A stretch of 64,000 nt of DNA from an uncultured Chloroflexia bacterium (GTDB lineage Bacteria; Chloroflexota; Limnocylindria; Limnocylindrales; CSP1-4): assembly GCA_963829105.1 (NCBI GenBank), contig CAWHHF010000023.1, positions 12,844 to 76,843 on the forward strand, read 5' to 3'. Both the position numbers and the translations under genes were made by a program. The notes beneath the pieces were generated by a model, which worked only from the letters and a program-made list of their open reading frames with translations, had not been told where the DNA came from and did no database searches. This document shows, piece after piece, positions 57,319 through 64,000 of the stretch (position 1 is the stretch's first letter; the number at the start of each line of letters is the position of its first letter).

Positions 57319-58539
57319 TTGAAACGACTGATGCTGCTCATAGCAGCCGGTAGTCTCTGGCTGTTCCTTGCCGCGGTTCCCGTCTTCGCAGACGGCGGAC
57401 CGCATGTGGCTGCGAACAACAGCGGCGTCAACGGCATCACTGCCGATGGATGCGCCGGCTGTCACCGAGCCCACTCGGCGCAGGGCGATTTCCTGCTCAT
57501 CGCGAGCTCCGGAACCACGCTCTGCCTGACCTGCCACGGGGCCACCGGTCTCGGCGCGACCACCGACGTCGAGTCCGGCGTCCAGTACACGCTGGGCACC
57601 ACCGACGTCCGCGGCACCACCGTCCTCGGCTATCTCCGGGGCGGCGGCTTCGTCAACGCCCGGATCGGGTCCGGCCAGGCCGTCCGAGTCGCGTACCTGA
57701 GCGGTACCGAGGTTCGCTTCAACGGCAAGGTCCCGGTCCGGACCGCGGGCTCGCAGCCCGTCACCTCGGCCCACCTGCCGAACGCGGCCGGCGTGGTCGG
57801 AGCGGCGGACGGCGTCGCCTGGGGCAACGGCCCCAACAGCGCAACGCCGTTTGCCGGCCCCGCTGTCGAGGTCGAGTGCGGCACCTGCCACAACCCGCAC
57901 GGCAACGGCCAGTACCGGATCCTCAATCCGATCCCTGACCCCGCCGCCACGGGCACGGACGTGTTCACCCCGGTCGCATCTCCCGGAGCCGTCGTCACCG
58001 ACGCGGCCCTCCCGGGCGCCGGCGACAACCGCAACTACACCATCATCCAGACGAACGGCGGCACCGGGACGCTCACGGCGAACCAGGTCACCGCGCTCGC
58101 CCTGCCGGCAACGGCCGGCGACTACTTCCGCCGCAAGGTTCCGTGGAACGGGACGAGCGGCACGGCCAACGACGCGCCGAACGGCCTGTCCGCGACCTTC
58201 TTCACCCAGATCTCGACGTGGTGCCTGACATGCCATTCCCGCTACCTGAGCGCCGGGTATGACGTCAAGGAAGCCGACGCGATCTACACGTACCGGCACA
58301 CGTCCAACGCGTCGTCCCGGAACTGCATCACGTGCCACGTGGCACACGGTTCCAACGCGCAGATGACGGGTCCCTACTCCGCCAACCTCAAGAACCCGGG
58401 CGGCTCCACCGCCACGGTCGGCGACAGCCGGCTGCTCAAGGTGGACAACCGCGGGACGTGCCAGATGTGCCACGACCCGACGGGGACGATCCCCGCCGGC
58501 CAGCAGTCCGGCCCGACGCCCAACCCGGTCCTTCCCTAG
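57319..58539 (+). CDS. Secreted six-heme c-type cytochrome
   Basis: TTG start 6 nt after AAAGGAGGTGAGG. The signal peptide is MKRLMLLIAAGSLWLFLAAVPVFA. There are six CXXCH motifs: CAGCH (45), CLTCH (69), CGTCH (187), CLTCH (302), CITCH (336), CQMCH (381). Three of them are CXXCHxxH. Confidence 0.9.
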   Translation: MKRLMLLIAAGSLWLFLAAVPVFADGGPHVAANNSGVNGITADGCAGCHRAHSAQGDFLLIASSGTTLCLTCHGATGLGATTDVESGVQYTLGTTDVRGTTVLGYLRGGGFVNARIGSGQAVRVAYLSGTEVRFNGKVPVRTAGSQPVTSAHLPNAAGVVGAADGVAWGNGPNSATPFAGPAVEVECGTCHNPHGNGQYRILNPIPDPAATGTDVFTPVASPGAVVTDAALPGAGDNRNYTIIQTNGGTGTLTANQVTALALPATAGDYFRRKVPWNGTSGTANDAPNGLSATFFTQISTWCLTCHSRYLSAGYDVKEADAIYTYRHTSNASSRNCITCHVAHGSNAQMTGPYSANLKNPGGSTATVGDSRLLKVDNRGTCQMCHDPTGTIPAGQQSGPTPNPVLP

Positions 58540-58758
58540 CACCATCGACCGCGTGGTGGCCGGCGACGCAAGTCCCGGCCACCCGCATCCTGCATCCGGG
58601 CCGAAGCCGCGCAGAAGAGCCGCCAACGGTCGTTTGACGTCTCCTCCGCAGGGCTCCCGCCCAGCTCCACCGGTGCCCCGCTCTACCGCCGAACCGGCCT
58701 GTCGATGGCCTCCACGGGTGAAACTCCAGCACCTCGCCATGATGAAGTCGACGCCAGC

Positions 58759-61143
58759 ATGACCAGCCAGCAGCGACCCGCACGCCGACGGGCCGGCCCC
58801 CTGTTCGGGGTGCTGCTCGTCGTCGTGGGCACGGTGGGAGCCCTGACCCCGGCCGTGCCGGCGGTGCGCGCCCTGGATCCCACGCCGGCCCCCTCCGTCG
58901 ACCCCACGCCGGCCCCGACGGCCGACCCGACGCCGGCCCCTACGTCGGATCCCACGCCCCCGCCCGACCCCACGCCGGCCCCTACGTCGGATCCCACGCC
59001 CCCGCCCGACCCCACGCCGGCCCCCACGTCGGATCCCACGCCCCCGCCGGATCCGACGGCGCCCCCTACCGAGGCGCCGTCACCGACCGCGGTTCCCTCG
59101 GGTGACCCTCTTCCGTCGGTGGAGCCCAGCGCGGCCCCCTCGGGTGACCCGGCGCCGTCCGTCCAGCCCAGCGCATCGCCGTCCCAGGCCCCCATCGGCA
59201 CGCAGGTCGCGCACGCCTGGATCGACACCGTGAACCAGGACGGCACGGTGAGCGTCCCCGGCCTGGTCGACGCCCCGCTTGGCGCCGCGCAGCGGTTCAC
59301 GGTCTACCGCGTCCGGTTCCAGCTCGTCAACGACGCCGACACGGACGCCACGCTGGTCCCCGTCATCGAGTTCTCGGGCGGCTCCGCGGACTGGGCGGCC
59401 CTGCCCATGGTCGACCCGGACCACGGCAAGGCGTTCTACGGCGCGTCCGACGACGGCCGCGTGTTCGACGCGCGCCGGACGACGATCGCGGCGGCCGACC
59501 TCCGTCTCGCCCAGGCCACCGATCCGCTCGCGAAGGCCGTGCCCGGCGAGGCCAGCGCGGGCTCGGTGCTCGCGACCCTGGACCTCCCCGCCCACAGCTT
59601 CACCGAGGTCGAGTTTGCCGTCCGGGCCACCGTGGACGCGAAGTGGGGGGCGGAGTACTCGTTCCGCCTCGTGGACGGCTCCACCGAGCTTCCCGGGGTG
59701 CGGGCAGCGCTGGTCATGGGCGCCAAGCCGGCCCTGGACCTGTCGCCCGGGCAGCGCAAGGGCGCGCCGGTGGATGACCCCGTGCCGCTCTACAAGCTGG
59801 ATCCCTCGGTCGCCTCCACCGATCTGCCGCTGGCGACCTCGACCGGCAGCGGTCAGACGGCGACCTACGCGCTGGCGCGGCCCGTCGCGGCCCCTGCCGC
59901 CCAGGATTCGCCGCACGTCATCTCCGGGCTGGCCTCGGACGCGTGCGCCTCCTGCCACGTCGCACACGACGCGCAGGGCCTGTCGCTGCTTCGCCAGCCC
60001 GATCCCCAGTCGTCGACCTGCTTCACGTGCCACGACGGGACGGGCGCCTCCTCCGACGTCCAGAGCGACTGGTCGAGCTCGTCGATCCCCGCCAACGACC
60101 CGACGACGTCGGCCTGGTACTCCCACCCCGCCACGTCGTCCTCGGACCACACGTCGGCGCTGGCGAACGAGTTCGGGGGCACGCTCAACCGCCACTCCGC
60201 CTGCGCCGACTGCCACCAGCCGCACCTCGCCGACGGGATCAGGCCTGTCAACAGCGTCGGCGGCTGGTCGACCTCGGGCGCCATCGCGGGTGCGTCCGGC
60301 GTCTCCGTGGCCAACGGCGCGGCGGGCGTGGCCCCGACGTACACCCTGCAGACGACATCGACCTTTGAATACGAGCTCTGCTTCAAGTGCCACTCCGGCT
60401 TCACGCAGCTACCCGCGCAGGATCCTGCCCACCCGAGCCGGTGGGCGCTGGACAAGGGCATCGAGCTGAACCCGGCCAACGTCTCCTACCACCCCGTGGA
60501 GGCCGCGGGGAAGAACCAGACGAACGCCATGGCGCTGAGCCTCGCCGGGACCTCCCCCTACAAGCTCTGGGTCTTCGGGACCAACGACACGATCCGCTGC
60601 GCCAACTGCCACGCCGCCGGCACCGCCGCCACCCAGGTCCCCAAGCCGGCCGCGGACGCGACCCTCGCCGACCACTCCTCGTCGAACCGCGGCATCCTGA
60701 TCGCCCAGTACAAGGATCGGACGCTCAAGCCCCGCGGGGCCTACTCCGCCCAGGAGTTCGCGCTGTGCTACGTCTGCCACGCGGAGGCTCCGATGGTCGA
60801 CGATAGCGGTGACGTGCGCACCGACACCAACTTCAGCTGGCACGGCTATCACCTCGCCGACATCAGCGGCCACGGGCTCGGCGGCACGGACATCGACGTC
60901 CCCGGCGCAGGTCCCGGCAACGCCACCTGCGCCGAGTGCCACTTCCGGATCCACGGATCCGCGCTGGCCGTGAACGGCCAGGTGCCCGCCACGGGACTGG
61001 TGAACTTCGCGCCCAACGTCCAGACCATGCGCGGGGTCCTGAAGTTCGTCCCGGCGACGCCGACCTCGATGGGCACGTGCACCCTGACCTGTCACGGCAA
61101 GGCCCACGACGCCTACGGCTACGACTACCCGACGACTCCCTGA
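58759..61143 (+). CDS. Large secreted multiheme c-type cytochrome (7 CXXCH + 1 CX3CH) with a Pro/Thr-rich repeat linker and a central non-heme domain
   Basis: The signal/anchor is RRRAGPLFGVLLVVVGTVGALTPAVPAVRA, followed by (DPTPAPTSDPTPPP)x3. A ~200 aa heme-free domain comes next. The heme motifs are CASCH, CFTCH, CADCH, CFKCH, CANCH, CYVCH, CAECH and CTLTCH. Confidence 0.85.
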   Translation: MTSQQRPARRRAGPLFGVLLVVVGTVGALTPAVPAVRALDPTPAPSVDPTPAPTADPTPAPTSDPTPPPDPTPAPTSDPTPPPDPTPAPTSDPTPPPDPTAPPTEAPSPTAVPSGDPLPSVEPSAAPSGDPAPSVQPSASPSQAPIGTQVAHAWIDTVNQDGTVSVPGLVDAPLGAAQRFTVYRVRFQLVNDADTDATLVPVIEFSGGSADWAALPMVDPDHGKAFYGASDDGRVFDARRTTIAAADLRLAQATDPLAKAVPGEASAGSVLATLDLPAHSFTEVEFAVRATVDAKWGAEYSFRLVDGSTELPGVRAALVMGAKPALDLSPGQRKGAPVDDPVPLYKLDPSVASTDLPLATSTGSGQTATYALARPVAAPAAQDSPHVISGLASDACASCHVAHDAQGLSLLRQPDPQSSTCFTCHDGTGASSDVQSDWSSSSIPANDPTTSAWYSHPATSSSDHTSALANEFGGTLNRHSACADCHQPHLADGIRPVNSVGGWSTSGAIAGASGVSVANGAAGVAPTYTLQTTSTFEYELCFKCHSGFTQLPAQDPAHPSRWALDKGIELNPANVSYHPVEAAGKNQTNAMALSLAGTSPYKLWVFGTNDTIRCANCHAAGTAATQVPKPAADATLADHSSSNRGILIAQYKDRTLKPRGAYSAQEFALCYVCHAEAPMVDDSGDVRTDTNFSWHGYHLADISGHGLGGTDIDVPGAGPGNATCAECHFRIHGSALAVNGQVPATGLVNFAPNVQTMRGVLKFVPATPTSMGTCTLTCHGKAHDAYGYDYPTTP
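58924..59049 (+). repeat. 3 x 42 bp in-frame tandem repeat encoding DPTPAPTSDPTPPP
   Basis: gacc(c/-)cacgccggccc(c/t)tacgtcggatcccacgcccccgcc(c/g), three near-identical copies. Confidence 0.85.
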
Positions 61144-61233
61144 CGCAGCGGCGCAGGTACCCCGCCCGCGCCTGCGCGCCTGACCCATGGGGGGCCGTTC
61201 GCGGATGCACCCCATGGTGGTCGCCGCGCCCGG

Positions 61234-61251
61234 CTGTATCGAGCGATACAG
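61234..61251. promoter_or_regulatory. Palindrome CTGTATCG-AG-CGATACAG upstream of the TPR-ccdA-resB operon (candidate operator)
   Basis: Perfect 8+8 inverted repeat, unusually AT-rich for this genome. A related site lies at 51179, and an ATGTATCG half-site lies at 61397. Confidence 0.4.
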
Positions 61252-61453
61252 GCCCGATCCGATTCCTCCACCCAAGGGCCCGCCCCGATCCCGGCCGAAA
61301 TGTGCGCCCCGACGGATGGGCGCATGGGGCCCGGTTCGGGACAATGGCAGCAGGTGTCAAGCCGCGGTCCCCCGCGGCATCGTATGAGGGTTCCACGATG
61401 TATCGCACGTCGGCGCGCGACGCAGGTCGCCCGCGCCTCGCAGGAGGCCGCGC

Positions 61454-62845
61454 GTGACCCGCGGTCTCCCCGCCACGGGTCACGAGGCCCAGGAGTCCGC
61501 GCTGCTGGCCCAGCTCGGTCTCCCGGCCAGCGCCTCCCCCGAGGATGTCGACAACCTCCACCAGGCCGCGAGCCAGTACCTCGCGTCCGCGCCTCCGGAG
61601 CTCCGCGGATGGGCCCATGCCCAGGCGTCGGCGCTGGACGAGGCGTACCTCCAATTGACCGACCCGGTCGGCCTCCAGGGCTCGGCCCTCAGGAGTCCGG
61701 CAAGGCCGCCCGCGGTCGTACCCGGCGGACCGGCGACACCTCCGGTCCGCCGGGGCTCCGTTCCCGCGGAAGCCCCGGTCCTCGTGGCCGCCGCGACCGG
61801 CGCGCCCATGGCGGACGCTGCCGTCGCCGATGCTTCGGCCGACGACGTGTTCGACGAGGACGTGATCGAGCCCGACGTCATCGAGCTTGACCCCGCGACA
61901 CAGCCCGCAGTCGGAGAGCCCGATCTCGACGACCTGGCCGTCCTCTACGCCTCGGTCACCCCGAGCGCCCACCCGGACACGCTCCCGGCCGCCAAGCCGA
62001 AGGCCAACTCCCCGGCGCCCGCTCCCGCCCGCCGTCCTGCCCGTCCCGCGGCCGCGGCAGCCGCCGCCCCGCACGCCGCCGCCCCGCAGGCCGCCAACCC
62101 CTGGAAGCGGCTGGTCCTCAGCGCGGTCGCTGTGCTCGCGGTCGTCGCCGTCGTGTTCGGCGCCATGCAGGTGGCCGGCGCGGTCGGCGGATCGCCCGGG
62201 ACGAGCGCCGACACGGCGGCGCAGGCTTCCGCCCCGGCCGTCGATCTCGCCAAGATCAGCACACTCATGACGGCGCTCGCGGCCAACCCCAACGACACCG
62301 CGACGCTGCTCGCCCTGGCCAACGAGTACTACGCGGGCGAGCAGTACACCGACGCCGGCAACTGGCTGGACAAGCTCCTCGCCCTCGAGCCCAACAACGT
62401 CGACGGTCTCCTGGCCCGCGGCGCCGTCAGCTTCAACCTCAACGACCTCCCGGCTGCCGAGACCACCTGGATGAAGGTCGTGGCCATCGACCCGAACAAC
62501 GTCGAGGTCCACTACGACCTGGGCTTCCTCTACCTCAACCAGTCGACCCCGAACTGGGCCGGCGTCCAGAGCGAGTGGAACAAGGTCATCGCGCTCGATC
62601 CCACCTCGCAGCTCGCCCAGACCGTCAAGTCCCACCTCGACTCGCTGGTCGCGAACTCGATGATCCCGGCCTCCCCGGCCGGGGCCGGCGCGGCGCCGGG
62701 TGGCTCTCCGGCTGCTCCGGCCGGCGCCAGCGCGGCACCGGGCAGCTCCCCGGCGGCGTCTCCGGCGGCGTCGCCGGCCACCAGTGCGACCCCGGCGGCC
62801 ACCCCGGCCCCCAGCCCCTCCCCGGCGGCGAGCGCCACGCCGTGA
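61454..62845 (+). CDS. Bitopic TPR-repeat protein with a Pro/Ala/Ser-rich tail, translationally coupled to ccdA
   Basis: AGGAGG lies 5 nt before the GTG. The layout is: cytoplasmic N-domain, acidic stretch, one TM segment (LVLSAVAVLAVVAVVFGAMQV), TPR units (LLALANEYYAGEQYTDAGNWLDKLLALEPNN, ...TWMKVVAIDPNN, ...EWNKVIALDP), then a PAS-rich tail. Confidence 0.75.
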   Translation: MTRGLPATGHEAQESALLAQLGLPASASPEDVDNLHQAASQYLASAPPELRGWAHAQASALDEAYLQLTDPVGLQGSALRSPARPPAVVPGGPATPPVRRGSVPAEAPVLVAAATGAPMADAAVADASADDVFDEDVIEPDVIELDPATQPAVGEPDLDDLAVLYASVTPSAHPDTLPAAKPKANSPAPAPARRPARPAAAAAAAPHAAAPQAANPWKRLVLSAVAVLAVVAVVFGAMQVAGAVGGSPGTSADTAAQASAPAVDLAKISTLMTALAANPNDTATLLALANEYYAGEQYTDAGNWLDKLLALEPNNVDGLLARGAVSFNLNDLPAAETTWMKVVAIDPNNVEVHYDLGFLYLNQSTPNWAGVQSEWNKVIALDPTSQLAQTVKSHLDSLVANSMIPASPAGAGAAPGGSPAAPAGASAAPGSSPAASPAASPATSATPAATPAPSPSPAASATP

Positions 62846-63723
62846 ACGAGCTCGGCAGTGCGATCGGCATCGGCATCGCCTTCGTCGGCGGCGTCGTGTC
62901 GTTCGCGTCCCCCTGCTGCCTGCCGCTCGTGCCGGCATACCTGGCCTACATGATGGGCGCGACCGGTGAGGGCACCGCCGGTCGCCGCCCGGCCCTCATG
63001 CACGGGCTGTCGTTCGTGCTCGGCTTCTCGCTCGTGTTCGTCGCCTTCTACGCCGCCATCGGCGCCCTGGGCGCCTTCATCGACCGCCACGTGCTCAACA
63101 TGATCGGCGGCGCGCTCCTCGTCTTCCTCGGCCTCCAGGTCGCGGGCATCATCAACGTCCGGGCCCTGTGGCGCGACACCCGCGCACTGCCCTCGATGGG
63201 CGGCGGGCTCGTGATGGCCGGCGGCACCGGGAGCGGCGGCGACGGCGGTCCCATCGGCGGCGGTCCGGCCGGCGGCGGCACCGGGAGCTCGGGCACCGGC
63301 GGCGGTCCGGCCGCCACAGCCGCCGCCACCGGCATCAGCACCGGCAGCATGGGCTTCGGTGCGATCGCCAGCCCCGGCGAGCGACCGGGCTACCCGCGGT
63401 CCTTCCTGTTCGGCCTGCTGTTCGCGGCGGGCTGGAGCCCCTGCATCGGCCCGATCCTGGGCGGGATCCTCGGCCTGGCCACCGCCACGTCCAGCGTCCT
63501 CCAGGGGACGGTCCTGCTGGTCGCCTACGCGGCCGGGCTCGCCATCCCGTTCCTCGCCGTGGCCCTGGGCGCGTCCTGGGTCGCCAGGCGGCTGACCGTG
63601 GTCGGCCGCCACCACCACGCCGTGTCCATGATCACGGGCCTCCTGCTCGTGACGGTCGGCGTGCTGATGCTCACCAACATGCTCGGCCGGCTGGCGACCC
63701 TCGGGTCGCCCTTCGGTCTCTGA
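62842..63723 (+). CDS. ccdA: Cytochrome c biogenesis thiol-reductant transporter CcdA (DsbD-core family)
   Basis: The GTG overlaps the preceding stop (GTGA). It has the two conserved SPC motifs (FASPCCLPLVPAYL and GWSPCIGPILGG) and a ~60 aa Gly-rich insert between the halves. Confidence 0.88.
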   Translation: MNELGSAIGIGIAFVGGVVSFASPCCLPLVPAYLAYMMGATGEGTAGRRPALMHGLSFVLGFSLVFVAFYAAIGALGAFIDRHVLNMIGGALLVFLGLQVAGIINVRALWRDTRALPSMGGGLVMAGGTGSGGDGGPIGGGPAGGGTGSSGTGGGPAATAAATGISTGSMGFGAIASPGERPGYPRSFLFGLLFAAGWSPCIGPILGGILGLATATSSVLQGTVLLVAYAAGLAIPFLAVALGASWVARRLTVVGRHHHAVSMITGLLLVTVGVLMLTNMLGRLATLGSPFGL

Positions 63724-63737
63724 GGAGGTAGTCGGAC

Positions 63738-64000
63738 ATGACCGAAGAGGTCCACACCCGGCCGCTTCCGCCGACTGGCGCTCCGGCCGCCGCGGCGGCC
63801 GGCCCCACGCTCATGGATCGCATCGACCGGTTGCTGGAAGGCCTGTGGCACTTCCTCACCTCGATGCGCGTGGCCATGATCCTGATGCTCCTGATCGCCG
63901 CGCTGGGCATCCTCGGCTCGCTCATCATCCAGGCACCTTCCGGGGTCCTGGGCGACGCCGAGGCCAAGGCCAGCTGGCTGGACGAGATCCGGCCGAAGTA
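63738..64000 (+). CDS. resB: Cytochrome c biogenesis protein ResB/CcsB (System II), N-terminal part; continues past the right edge
   Basis: GAGGAGG lies 9 nt upstream. LWHFLTSMRVAMILMLLIAALGILGSLIIQAP is the typical ResB first TM segment. It follows ccdA. Confidence 0.85.
   Translation, partial: MTEEVHTRPLPPTGAPAAAAAGPTLMDRIDRLLEGLWHFLTSMRVAMILMLLIAALGILGSLIIQAPSGVLGDAEAKASWLDEIRPK

Noticed and set aside
58556-58582. Hairpin GTGGCCGG-11 nt-CCGGCCAC after the six-heme cytochrome gene as a terminator
   Set aside because: There is no U-tract, the loop is long, and the downstream cytochrome gene probably needs read-through. I cannot distinguish a terminator from a chance GC palindrome.

Overview
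This is a very GC-rich bacterial chromosomal window in which third codon positions are almost all G/C, so long antisense shadow ORFs are common. The gene content (opcA, an LCP protein, VapBC, System II cytochrome c maturation) fits a high-GC monoderm-type lineage, Actinomycetota- or Chloroflexota-like, but I cannot place it more precisely. From left to right the window holds: the 5' part of an IS1182/IS5-like transposase and a hairpin-rich repeat field; pyrG; DMT transporters; psuG; an S9 peptidase; a PfkB kinase; a pentose-phosphate operon (tkt-rpiB-NTF2-gnd-zwf-opcA-pgl); citrate synthase; an MFS transporter; an LCP protein; a P-loop kinase; a membrane-anchored SbcC/SbcD-like (YhaN/YhaO-type) pair; and several hydrolases and an acetyltransferase. 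Next comes a complete selenocysteine machinery (selA-selB-mobA operon, tRNA-Sec, selD), interrupted by a non-Pyl MttB-family methyltransferase and an FAD oxidoreductase, and followed by two decayed MttB relics. After that is a selenocysteine formate dehydrogenase (in-frame TGA plus SECIS hairpin) whose alpha subunit appears split and permuted around a vapBC module, a phosphorylase gene and a NuoE-NuoF fusion. The right third holds a GAF histidine kinase and NarL-type regulator, then an extracytoplasmic redox island: Tat-Rieske protein, TPR protein, NHL beta-propeller, a six-heme and a roughly eight-heme c-type cytochrome, a second TPR protein, CcdA and ResB. The multiheme cytochrome island and the split Sec-FDH are the most interesting items. 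Many intergenic spacers carry short, unrelated tandem duplications. No CRISPR array, rRNA or prophage was seen.
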